A program made the translations under genes and the position numbers. A stretch of DNA of 64,000 bases from Takakia lepidozioides (Eukaryota > Plantae > Bryophyta): contig CM060733.1 in assembly GCA_030704615.1 (NCBI GenBank), positions 37,448,001-37,512,000 of the forward strand. The letters are read 5' to 3'. Within the stretch, counting starts at the first letter, position 1. Every line of letters begins with the position of its first letter. The notes beneath the pieces are model-generated. The model saw nothing but the letters and a program-made list of their open reading frames with translations, was not told the DNA's origin and made no database searches. Below are positions 1-11,666 of the stretch, in pieces.

Positions 1-1444
1 GTAAGAAGCAGAGTGTATTTCCACGGAAGAGCACCCTCAACCGCGGAAACAAGTTCGACGAAATAATAAAAGGACGTGGTCATCCCCACCTGAAAGTAAC
101 AATTGAATGCAAGATGGATGAATGTAGAGTGGATGAGAAATATATGGATATGTGGGAACAATGCAAGCGAATGGATGAATATGGGATGGATGTTGAATGG
201 TGGAAAACATTCTTGAATGGAGGATGCATGAATACACAATAGATGAATGCACAATGGATATGACATGAGTGTGAGGGGTTTAGGGGATGGATTCATGAAG
301 ATTGACATTTGAATCCGAGTAGATTGTTTGATTCATTTTCTTTTCTGCCGGAACAAATGCAATGAGGCAAGGGAATTCAATGAGTTCTGAATAGGATATA
401 AATAGAACATAAAAAATGCGAAGTTCAGTCTGATTCAGAGTCAGTACAATGTATCCCCGCGTCCTCTGCATCCAAGTCCAAGAATTTAAGAACTCTGGAT
501 CTACGATGGCTACTCCTGCAGTCGGGCAATAAGAAGTCAGGGGATAGAGCCTCGGCCATTTCAAATACCATTGCTTCGGCATAGACATGAAGCACAAAAG
601 TGGAAAGGGGAATGTCGAAAACAGTCTCGGCACAAATGGGGGTTTCTCCTGAAGATCCATCGCTGTCGTTCCTGCAAGTCAAAGCATGATAAAAGTTATT
701 ACTGCAATTTTGATGTATGCGAAATTGAACAAGCACCCAAACTGGAATGACATTTCCATGGCCAACTTACTCACATGAGAAGTCGTTGTCGATATGCTTA
801 TCCTCGGTATCTTCATCATTTCTGATTTGAATTTGTTCAGTCTGTGTGCCAGACGTAGAGCCAAACACAAGAGGGAGGATGACACTCTTGAATAGTTCGG
901 TGTCGCCCTCCATGCCAAAAAGGCTTCTCCCACCAACCTTGCAAGCACAGTAAGTCGCACCTGCCAAGACAGAAAGCCTCAAGAAGGTTGTAGAGGATGC
1001 AAAATCGGATGCAAACTGGAAGACCTTGAGAATTGAAACAGTATTGAACCAACGAACCTGTGGATAGTGTGAGGTCGACCACCCTTGCAGAATGGTGGCT
1101 GCATGACTCCAAGAGCGTCTGTATGAGCGCTGGGGTTCTCTCCCTTGCACCTCTCCACGGAAACCCGTCTGGTCTTTTGGCTGTCTGACTGGAGTGCATG
1201 GAATTGTACAGCATGTCATCCACATGCGGTTCATATGGGGGGTTGATAAAACACCCCTGGTTGGAAATTTCAAAGTTGCGAACGGATGAAGGTGTTTTGG
1301 AGGTGCGAATCCGCCTCAGGCAGATTGCCTCAAACATCCTTGTCTGGCAAAGATGCAAGGTAGGAGTGAGACATAGAAATTCGAAAGAAATTCTGGCGCA
1401 GGAAAGAACAGAACATGGACTGCAAATATAAATGGAAAGTTTTT

Positions 1445-1467
1445 GTGATGATCGGTGCCGATCATCA
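1445..1467. repeat. Single copy of the 24-bp palindrome GTGATGATCGGTACCGATCATCAC family (intronic)
   Basis: GTGATGATCGGTGCCGATCATCA read directly, inside the predicted 1344-1544 intron. Confidence 0.9.
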
Positions 1468-2703
1468 AATATGGTGGTAGAGCAAGCCAGCAGAAACAAC
1501 TGAAAAGACATTGGGAAATACTTCAGAGTAGGGCGGTGTCATACCAGCTGTCTAGGGCAACCACCTTTCAGAAGGTACAGGATGTTCACACAATTCCATG
1601 TCCTCAGAATTTCGAACCTAGACGACTTCAGGTATGATGCCAGACCCCTACGACTATCCTTATCACCTGACTGGAAGAGCAAAAGCGTTCCTGCATCTGA
1701 AAGGAATTATTGCAAAATCTGAATACCCAACTCCAGTAGTTCTCATCGAATCTGTTCCAGGATGGAGTCTTTCCCTTTGCAGGAACGTCGGGGACAGGCT
1801 GGCCGTGACCATGTCAGCGGCAAAGGGTTTTTGAACACCGCATATGAATGAGGGACCATTGCTCACCTGCAGCATACAGGTAGAATTTCAAGTCAAACAG
1901 AAATGAGGATTCCAACAGAAACCATCATCTACATTGGCATACACAATTTCGAAAGTCCCATGTGAAGAGGAAGATTCTTACCAGATTAAGAAATGAAATC
2001 ATGTTATCCCAAGTTGGTGATGGCACCCCCGAGTAACTCTTTCTCCGAGTCTCCATCATCGCCAGCCATCCCTCATTCACAATCTTGATCTGCCCTGCCA
2101 AGTCCGCATGGGAAGGGTGTGGCTTGGCATCGAATGGACATTCAACAGTGTGGGTGTATCTCCCAGCGGTCTCATCTTTCTCCTTGTCCTCACCTTTCTC
2201 CTTTTCCTGCTCTTTCTCCTTCGCCTTCTCCTTCCCCTTAGCCTTCTCCTTCTATTTCTCCTTAGGCTTCCCAGGTGACTTGGCTACTACCTCCGGAGCC
2301 TTTGGATCTTTCCCTTTGCGACCCGCCTTCCTGCCTTTCTGTGGAGTTGCCTACGCGTCTGGCTCCTTGGCGGCTAATGAAGCAATGTTCCTCTGGTACT
2401 CTTCGTCGTTCAAATGTGCTAGCATCTCCGCATGGTTGTTCATATACTTCTTATGCTGCTCTTGAAATGTTGTGTGCTCTGGAGGGCAGTCGAGGTACCA
2501 TCCACAGTCCCTGAAGTGGGCAGGACTCCAGTCCCTCAAGATACCAGCTGTGTACATGGTGGGATCGTTGGCAGGGTCGGACCACATGTCCAGGTAATCT
2601 GAGATTCCACTCAGGTGTTTTCCTTCCATCAACACATATTTAGTGTACCTGCGGAGGCTCAAACAAACACCATCCCCCAAAACAAGATATCAAAAAGCAG
2701 AAG

Positions 2704-2961
2704 AAAGTGATGATCGGTGGCGATCATCACTTTCACATGAGAGAGAATGCAACATGGGTTGGCAAATCCTTATGATTATGTAGACTGCACAAATGGGAAA
2801 TGTGATGGTCGGCACCGACCATCACTTCATTCATCAGAAACAGACTGCCTATGATAACAGAGGCATGATTAAGGATGGAAACAAGGACATGATCAACAGT
2901 GACAACTGTTTGACTGGAGAATATCATAGCAGTGGATGTGATGATCGGTACTGACCATCAC
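2704..2961. repeat. Three copies of the 24-bp palindrome (intronic)
   Basis: Copies start at ~2707, 2802 and 2938, inside the predicted 2649-3048 intron. Confidence 0.9.
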
Positions 2962-4871
2962 CAAACTGCTGTGTAGCAGAAAAGAAATACAAAGCACGAG
3001 GCATGACAAATGTTTAAAGAATGTGCTGGATAGGCATAAGGCACTGCACCTGTACACAACACGCATCATCGCCCACTCCCCTCCAACTTGACTGTCGAAA
3101 TCGTTCGACCTCAATATGTTGCCATCCTTGGAGAACTCTCGGAAGAAATAGTACCGCCACGTGAGACCTTTCCACTTTCTAATGTACGCCTCCAAGGTCA
3201 TCTGTGGTGGTGAGACCATCGAAATATTCAAGTCCTTCAAATTCTGCTCCAGGACAAGAATGGCGCGTTTCTCCAGCTGCAATGGGAACATGTATCAGAA
3301 TTGCGCATGACAAAGCTATAGGATATTTCATATACAACAGGTACTTGAATCCACAAATACCTGATTCCAAAATGTGGCCTTGTGAAGCCACTGATAAAAA
3401 ACAATATCACTTATTCCCTCGACCTTGGTGCCAGGCTGGATTGTGCTTTTTGGGAACTGATTCAGATCCTTCACCGTCTGATCCGAGTTCCAAATCTCAA
3501 GCCATCTCACTTTTGTCTGGTTGTCAACCATAGAGAGAGCCAGCCTGTGCAATTTCTCCTGTTGCATCTCTGGATGTACATGCTTGTCGTAGTGGGATTT
3601 GATTTGGAGAAGGAACTCCTCCCCAAGTCTGGGATCCACTATTCTCAATTGCTTTAGGAAGGCCGACATCAGCTTCGTTCTCCTTATCTCGTACTCCTTC
3701 TTTATGGCTGCTCCAACTCCTTTAGCAGTCCTCAGCTCTTCTGCTGTAGTGCGGTAGTACTCAGATTTCCCCCTCTTGGCGGCCTCTGCCAGTTCTTGCT
3801 GCAAGTAACAACGATTGGATTAGCAGACATACAATTGCAAATTTGTATGTAATAACATAGGAAGAAGTGGTTTGGGCCATACCGCATACATGTACTCCAA
3901 AAATGCATCTCGGGTCAACGAGTACCAGGTTCCTGCAGATCTTCCTGTTTCGCATGACATCAGGATGTAGCACTGTGCAGAACTCATCAAGCTTCATCAA
4001 ACCAATTCTCTGAATGCGGAATAGTGTATGGACCAAGCTCATAGTAACATGCGATTTCTCTGTCGATCTGCAAACAGAGAATACACATTGCATAGGTAAG
4101 AAATATTTAACGTTTGGACTTGAAATGCGCACAACATGCAATTTGAAAGTCAATGGTTTTTTGAGGAAGTCCTACTTGTTCACGTCATGCATAGCTGTCA
4201 GAAGTCTGGCGATGTCATTCCCAGGATCCAGAACCATTGCCTCCACAGCACAATGCTTGTCCTTGTCTTTTGAATGGTGTTTCGCAATGTACCCCATCCA
4301 AGCTAGCAAGCGATGGTTCCCGTCCTAGACATAGAACATGTGGTTGCAGAACTGCTGGGTGTTATGTCCAAGCAGCAGAGAGTCCTCAAACTCATCATTC
4401 ACATCCTTCCAGCAATCATCCCAGTTGTCCGTAATCTTTGGGCTCACTTTTGTGTTGTGACCATTAACATCCTGCAGTGAGACGTAAAACTTGTGCAGCC
4501 ATTCTATACCTGTGCACAAAATCTGTTTCCAACTTGATAATGTCATACGAAAGTGGAGGATGAACAACAGACATGGAGATCATTCGGCAGAGAGGGATTT
4601 CAAGACGTCCTCCAGAGACGATCATGTCCATAATAACCTCCTGGGAATTTACCTTTTGATATGACATAAGTTCTTTCACCTTGTCAAGGTAGTGCAATTC
4701 AGGCTCGTCGGTGTCTTCGCTGTTCTCAGAACTCTTTGTGGAGTCGTCCCCTTCTCCAAAGCCCTTTGCATCTGTTTCTGCCTGCTTGGACTTTACATTT
4801 TTCTCTATACCCAAAACCGCCACAATAGCAACATTCAACTAGTGTTCAGGAAAACAGACATTTCAACACAT

Positions 4872-6033
4872 TGACGATCGGTACCGACCATCACTTTGTC
4901 TTCTAACAAATGAATGGAAATTCTAGTTGGTTTCCCAATGCACCTTGTTTCAGTTCTCACTAGACTGCGATGATCGGTGCCGACCATTAGGATGATGCAA
5001 GCGATGGTCGGTATCGCACATCACCACAAGACGACATTGGGATGCAAACACCCACGAGGTCTGAATGTGATGGTCGGCACCGATCATCACTATAAGTCAG
5101 AATCCCTTCTATCACTCACTAAACTTGATCTCCTCTTTTGGATTCTGTTGCATTGCCAATCTGTTCAAAAAGTGATGATCGGTACCGATCATCACAATCA
5201 GATTGCATTAGGAAGCGAAACCCATGAGGTCAGAGTGTGATGGTCGGCACCGATCATCACTCTTAGTCAGAATCCCTTCTTTCACCCACTGAACTTGGTC
5301 TCCTTTTTTGGCATCTGGTGTATTGCCAAACCGTTCAAACAGTGATGATCGGTACCGATCATCACAATCAAACTGCCTTGGGAAGCACAACCCATGAGGT
5401 CTGGAAGTGATGGTCGGCACCGATCATCACTTCACAGCAGAATTCTGCATTTCATTATATGAGATATAGAGCAAAGAAATGGACTTGGAGGCGATGGTCG
5501 CCACCGACCATCGCTTTTCTGTTACTGCAATTCCAAATCTGAAGTGGAATGGACATTTTTCCACCTAAAGCATTTCATTCTACAAAGGCTTCCAGTGCAA
5601 GATAGGATTTTGGGTTAACATGTAGTCATTACCGAAAGTGATGATCGGTACCGACCATCACTATATAAGTGCCAAGGGATGCACAAACAATGGGAGCTGA
5701 ATGTGATGGTCGGCACCGATCATCACTTTCCTGAACGACCACGCCATGTCTAAACTGTTCTGAACAAGAAGGGAATGGACCTTAAAGCGATGATCGTTAC
5801 CGATCATCGCTTCGACGTCATTGCAAGATGCGTCTTTAGTTCCCTGTCACTCTTGAATCACAATGAAAATCGCATTCTTTGCTTAAATAAAGCAATGGCG
5901 AAGGTGATGGTCGGCACCGATCATCACTTTCGCCTTGATACATATTCTTTCATGCCTGCCTGCCTTCCTGAATCTGCTGAAATACGACACCAACTACATT
6001 CTTCTGTAAAGCGATGATCGCCATCGATCATCG
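4872..6033. repeat. Array of ~14 copies of the 24-bp palindrome, partly organised as a 170-bp higher-order tandem unit
   Basis: Copies at about 4872, 4967, 5001, 5067, 5172, 5237, 5342, 5407, 5490, 5638, 5704, 5787, 5904 and 6011. The copies at 5172 and 5342 are perfect palindromes. Spacing alternates 65/105 bp over 5001-5430. Confidence 0.93.
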
Positions 6034-6646
6034 TTTTTCTCACACTCGGCTAGCACTGTCTGGTTACCTACGCTCACTGCTCTAGCCGTCGCTGCGACTG
6101 CGGCGACCTCACTCTCACTTCCTACATGCTATTCTGTTTGATCTGTCTCCAAGTTCACATGCTGCCTAAGCGCTGCACCATCTTGCATGCGACGCCTCGT
6201 CATTTGCTCTCTTGATCTCGGCCTCTCTCTAAGCGATGTAAAATACAATAATTTCCTCCTCTTCCGAACCGAACAAGGAACCCTCTCCAACTTGACTTCC
6301 TCTCTTCCTCTAAGAAACAAGAAAGATGAACAGACTCGCTTTCTTTTGGGGTCCCGTCGTTTTGGAAGTGTCCCTGGAACCGTTCGATTCCCTCTTGCGT
6401 GTCCGATACTTGAACGTACGTTACAGTGAAAATAGCATAACCTAATTGGGACAGTTGTTCCTTTGCAAGGTTGTTTTGGGTTGTTGGCGTGTGCAAACAT
6501 AAAATTGACACGTGTCTTTTTTGTGACGGCTTCGTTAATATCACCGTTGGACGTCGCAAAGCTGAATCATCTGATTTCGCGAAGGAGCAACTCAGGGAAG
6601 AGAACCCCCCGCTCGGGGACGTAACATGGCTTCCTCCTAAAGGGAG

Positions 6647-9600
6647 ATGGTGGTGAAAAAAGAACAAACGTTCTCCACTCCAATCGTTGAGCTTTCGGAT
6701 TTGTCCGATGATGACATTAGTGAAATTCCAACTCCAGTCCTTTGTACTGTAGTTGTGGAAGTGGATGAAGAAGACATTTGTAGTGTCATTCCAAAACTAC
6801 GGGCGATGGGAGGAATGACAGGTTTCAAAAGTGAGTTGCGGGGAATTGATTGGGAAGCTTTGAAGCAGGTGCCTGTGAAGTTCCTGCCAGAGACTTTTGA
6901 TGGGGATATCCTATTTGAGCTGCCTCCTCCTCCGCGAGTTGGAGGTATAACAAGCATGATGCACGGAATGGACAAGAAACACGACGGGCACCCATGGTGC
7001 AAAACAAAAACATCCAATATTCAAAATAAGGACAAGCTTGTTTTCAGGAGAACAGTTTGCAATGGACACCTTAGGTGTGATAATTTGAATTGCAGACACT
7101 TTCTTCAGTCTGGGGTTCATAATGAAAGCGAGTGGGAGGGTCTCACGGAAAATCCATTTAAGCCTGGGACTGCTCCTCCACCGGAAACCACTTTCGTTTG
7201 CAAATTCTGCAAACTAGTGTCATCCTGCCTGGCGCTGTGTGGAGCAAGAATGTAATATGTTGTCCACCTTTTGAAAACAATGACAAGAGCCTATGTGCAT
7301 TTCAATTTCCATAACCATCCTGTCTCAAAGGGGGATTACAAGGAGAGTGTTGAGACAGTATCGAGGTTGATTAAACAGGAGTACGAGAGAAACCCATTCG
7401 CAACAACATCCGCAATTGCTCTTGGCACAAGCAAGTCCTTCTTGGAAAGCCATATTTTGAGTGAAGGGGATTTTGTGGGGACTAAACTTGACGGTGTAGC
7501 ATTGGACGTTGTCATGGATCATTTCTCCACGTTGAGTTCACCTAACATTCGGCATCAGATCAATGCATTGAGAATGGGCTCTGGGATTAGAGGCTACATA
7601 GACAACATTTTGGAATTGAAACGACTGAGCATGTACGACTACATCCATGACAATGTTTTTCCAGGTCAAGGTGCCATCAAAGTATTTCTTTTCAAAATGT
7701 CGACTGCTGAGGAGGGTAGTGGGGTTAGCCTCGTGAAGCGGATGCAGAAGACTGGGGACCTGTAGAATTGTTTTCTTATGTTTGATCATGTGAAACGAGT
7801 GAAAGATTGGACGACAATGGCTTGTCATGTCTATGATCCAGTGTACCAACGAGTTATGACAATTGCAGTTTGTGACATGCAATCCGAGGATACGGAATCC
7901 CAGAAGCTCATGTGGAATTCCCTTGTACGTGTTATGGGCTGCCATCTCCAAATTTTGCTGGTTTTATGGCAGATAGTGCTCAGGCGAATTTCAATGCAGT
8001 TCGAATTGTCTTCGGATCAGGCGACCCAAAAGTGCCAATGCCGGGAAGAGAGCGTACATATCTATTCCATTGGACACAATCTTTGGAGAAACATACAAAG
8101 TTGGATATCAAACCAGAGATGCAGACACAACACCGTAAATTGTGCAAAGAGTACAAAGATGCTAGAACAATGAAGGAGGCGGACACTTTGTTCCAGACAA
8201 TTCGTGCCTGGTGGTTCTCTTCTGGAGCTGCATCGCTTGAGAGTATGGGAGCATTGGAAGATTGGCTGGTGTTTTGGCACTTCCGGTACAGACAGTGGGG
8301 AGCAGCCATGACAATGGTGTGAGGCTAAAATTGCTAGCTTTATTCATACATTTACTTTCCAAATTTTCTCTCCTTGTTTTCTTTATGTTGTTCCCTGTGC
8401 ACTGTTCTGAAGTGTGGTTCTCATCTTTGCAGAACATGTCCATTGAGGAAATGGCGGACATGTCATCTTGCAATTTGGCAGAGACTGTGCACAATGCATG
8501 GTTGCAACAGTCTGGGAAACGAGGTTGGGATTTGTATGTGGCAACAACAGATAATCTGATACGTGCCTTGCAACAACAAACTAGATACCGTGATTTCTTG
8601 CGAGGAGGGGCTGGTGGCAAGGGTCCGGACAAACAGGAGTTGATGTTGCGTGCTGCAAACAGATCTAGGGATCCAAGCAAGGTAGCATGGGCGGTGAGCA
8701 TGTATGCCCAGGGAACGCCACTTGTTTCTAGAGTTCCACATTTTGAAGGGGAGGAGAGATTCGGCTCCTGTAAGAGGAAATTGAACACCCCACCTGGTTC
8801 GGATTCCGATTCACACAGGATAGACCGTGATAACTTCTCGAAGCCTCGTGCTCCCTTGCATGACAGATCCATGTCCGGAACCTCCATTTTGAAGGAACCT
8901 CCGACTCGACGGCAGACTCCGGCATCTAACAGTGCCACTGAAATGGTGCAGGAGAGACACTACCCCCTTGATGTGCTGGAGTCCGCATGCCCCGACCACG
9001 TTTGGCACATAGAACGCACAAGTGCAGGGTCTCGTGTGAAATGTACAGCGATTAGGGCAACTAATCTCGAGAAGTGCACTTCATCTATACCCAGAGGCGG
9101 TGCACGGACTCCTGCTCCGACTTTCACGGGTTTGATGCGTCCATACGGCCAACCAGAAGCAAAGAACCACAAGTTTTGGTTCTGCGCAGACGATTGTGGT
9201 AGATGTGTGCATGGAACTGTGCGTCCTTCCGTGGTGATGAAGCCAACTCCTCCAACCGTTTGGCCCGTCAAGGTGGGAACACATCTTACAAGTCAGGAGA
9301 TTGCAATACTGGAGGAGGCAGGCTTTTCGTTTGCGAGACAACCCCTACTGCATACATGTGTTTCTACTTCTGCGTCCTCTCGGGTCCCCCCGACAAATCC
9401 TCACTTGTGGCCAACCAAACGAGATGGAAAGCTGGTTCGGCGTTTCCCTCCAACCGCTGAACACTTTGGCAAAGTGGAGTCCGCAAGAATGCTCCAAGCT
9501 CGTGTTGCAAGCACCACGAAAGTGCCCGATCCAGGATATGGTCGGGTGTACACAATGATCACTTCGACATCTGCTGTTCATGACATGGCCTACGACATCA

Positions 9601-9818
9601 CGGTTTCCAATTTTCCCAATTGCACATGTTCTGATTTTGTGAATATGCTATCAACCAGTTTGGGCAAGAAAGGTAAATTCATACCCTGCAAACATTTGTA
9701 TTTCATATTTTTGAAGATGATGGTTTGCGATCCCAAACGTGACAACTTTGTTCACCAGGCCACTCTGAGTTTCAACGAGGTCGATACTCTATTGCAGCGG
9801 GATACAACACATAGGTAG
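6647..9818 (+). pseudogene. Mutator-like (MULE) transposase: Cys/His-rich WRKY/GCM1-like DNA-binding region, DDE core, C-terminal SWIM zinc finger
   Basis: CxxxxxC...CKFC...HFNFHNHP zinc-binding region. Catalytic-type motifs MFDH, GFMADSAQANFNAVRIVF...YLFHW (CxxH position) and SCNLAETVHNAW. SWIM motif CTCSDF...PCKHLY. In-frame stops at 7253-7255 and 7763-7765, a frameshift near 7940 and an intron at 8317-8432. Confidence 0.75.
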
Positions 9819-11245
9819 CATCAACTATGTCATGTGGTATGTGGACGATCATGCTATGAAATGTGTAATTTGCAACATTGTCATGGAAATTCAATTCAAA
9901 TCAATTCGTTTGCAACATCGTCGGCGGTGCAATGATATGGCGTCCCTTATCCTTCCATTATCCTTCCAACTATACTGAGTGAGCTCTGAGTGGCAACTTT
10001 TAAAAGCACATTCATCATTGCACCGTTCGAAGTCTACATGTCTTCCTGTCGCTATGCACTGCAACCATCTTTTGAAGATGATCCTAACTCTCATTGTTAT
10101 ATGGGGAGGGAGCAAGGTCTTCGCGTTGCAGCCTCTATGGCGCACACTTTGTGAGGATATTTTCAGACCCTTGTAATTATAAAAATGATACAAATATTTG
10201 TAATTGCACAATGTTGGATGCTGCAATTGTAGGCCTCATGGTAGTCTTGATTGTATTCAGCCAAGGATTCCCTTCATTATTCCCACGGTCATAGGACCAT
10301 CCTCGGTTATAGGCGGCGCATGTTCATGCTTACGTGGCAGATGACGGCGCGGTGTCACGTCAGCATTTGTCGCCACATCAGCCTACTGACATCACACTCA
10401 TGCCACGTCAGCGTGGGTGCACGCTCACGCCACGTCACTCCTTCGTGAGCGTACGCTTGCGTGCTCATGCCATTGCAACGTTGCTCATAATCTAGGATGA
10501 GGAATGTTTCCTTCCAGAGGTGTCATCCTTTTGTTGGCTCCTCCCTCAAGAGGAGACCATGCATCACTTCCAAAATATGAGAAGATCCTGATATGCCTTT
10601 ACCGGAAACATAACAGTCGATATACCTTCACTAGTTAATATTGCACCTAAGACTTGATATTGATGAGCATCAAATATTAGTTTGTATTGTTTTTTTTTAT
10701 GAAATAAATTTTTAACTAGTAACAACCATTGGTAAATGGCTGGATATCACCGGTGAAAGCTGGTCGCTATTTCTTCGTCCCTACTCTTTTGTCAGCAAAG
10801 GCTTGGCCTTCGTCGTCCTGCCCCCGAGACATGATGCTGGAAACTGTTGATAGCTCAGCACTCACAATCTGACAATGTTTCATGATTCAACCAATCTTTG
10901 CCAGGTAATGAAGTAGTTGCAACCCAGGTACTGAGTTAAAGATTAAATTATGCCATAGTCAAATGATCGAAGCCTTCCTTCTGTGCCTTCGAAAGGCCAA
11001 GCCTCATGGGGCGAGGTTTAGGGTTTTTGTTCTGCAAAAACTTACGTAAGACACTGCATTGTTTTTTCTTCTCATGGACTGATAGACAAGGGTTACCAAA
11101 AACAGGGGTAGAGTTATTTCCAGTGCGTGAGATGTGACTAAATTTCTTTTTGTAGTGAGAGTATAATGCTTCAGATTTGGAAGGGTTTGAATTTGCTGCA
11201 AATAACCACATAATGGACCGGCCGGTTATGCATGGATGGGGCCAG

Positions 11246-11322
11246 GTTTTTGATGAAGTTGAACAATGAAGCTGCAACTATAGAGCTGAAGAACGGCACC
11301 ATTGTGCACGACACAATCACAG
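11246..11322 (+). pseudogene. SmD1: Isolated exon of a Sm D1 snRNP protein gene
   Basis: [27 protein letters not shown] is close to the SmD1 N-terminus ([27 protein letters not shown]). It is bounded by CAG and GT; no other exons were recognised. Confidence 0.75.
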
Positions 11323-11512
11323 GTCCCTCTGACCTACTCCCAACGTCCCTGTTGTTTTGTGTACATTCCTCACTATCCCACTTGTTCACGCAAAGTGAAG
11401 TTGTGGTTGATAAACAGAATCTTAGTCAAGTTGAAGTGGATTGACATTGTGGTAATGGACTCGCAGTGCAGAAAAGGGGAAGAAAGATTCATGTTTTATA
11501 TATATATATATC

Positions 11513-11666
11513 AACGCCTCCCAAAGGGAGCGTAAATTATGGTGTCTCTTCACCACAAGGGCTACTGCCTTCCAGCTAGAAGGTGGACACCTTCATGACA
11601 CACCAGACCGTGGTTTGAACCCACAACCACATCCAACGTGGTATGTGCCCATTACCACTAGGCTAC
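11513..11666 (-). mobile_element. tRNA-derived SINE-like repeat, copy 1
   Basis: The minus strand starts GTAGCCTAGTGG (A-box), has GGTTCAAACC (B-box), a shared body GTGTCCACCTTC..GAAGGCAGTAG..GAGACACCATAATTTAC, and ends at a (TA)n run. Confidence 0.65.

Larger units (their letters stand above)
425..6204 (-). pseudogene. Multi-exon gene: N-terminal ParB/Srx-like domain plus C-terminal beta-class N6-adenine/N4-cytosine DNA methyltransferase-like domain (premature stops and frameshifts)
   Basis: Approximate exons with GT-AG boundaries: 6204-6069, 4838-4176, 4068-3882, 3801-3361, 3276-3049, 2648-1983, 1867-1545, 1343-1058, 960-778, ~675-425. HMFYV*DGNHRLLAW at ~4300-4345 is a ParB-type DGxHR motif. 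LSDAGTLLLF...FEILRTW at ~1590-1705 resembles the LKxxGxxxxF...GF...W segment. Splicing 1058 to 960 rebuilds RERTPALIQTLLESCSHHSARVVDLTLSTG-ATYCACKVGGRSLFGMEGD, matching the KPxxLxxxLI...VLDPFxGSGTTxxAAxxxGRxxIGxE signature of N6_N4_Mtase proteins. Confidence 0.65.
1..10590. mobile_element. Large Mutator-like (MULE-type) DNA transposon with cargo gene; left end outside window, right end approximate
   Basis: A DDE/SWIM transposase pseudogene (6647-9818 +) is divergent from a spliced ParB/MTase-like gene (425-6204 -). Repeated CCACGTCA-type motifs at 10330-10470 resemble subterminal repeats, and composition becomes AT-rich after ~10600. TIR/TSD cannot be verified because the other end is missing. 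Confidence 0.55.

Noticed and set aside
1233-1244. NPPY as the catalytic motif IV of the amino-MTase
   Set aside because: It lies only ~50 residues before the SAM-binding motif and downstream of the motif VI-like strand, so it falls in the variable region. It is probably coincidental, though worth checking in the family consensus.
4872-6033. CRISPR array (palindromic repeats with spacers)
   Set aside because: Spacers are variable in length and are themselves repeated (170-bp unit), no cas genes are present, and the context is a eukaryotic intron.
10446-10495. Helitron 3' end (hairpin plus CTAG)
   Set aside because: CTAG is followed by G rather than T and no Rep/helicase is present; a MULE subterminal region fits the context better.
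11600-11666. Functional tRNA gene
   Set aside because: A and B boxes are present but no convincing cloverleaf forms, and the downstream body is shared with dispersed copies, so it was called SINE-like.
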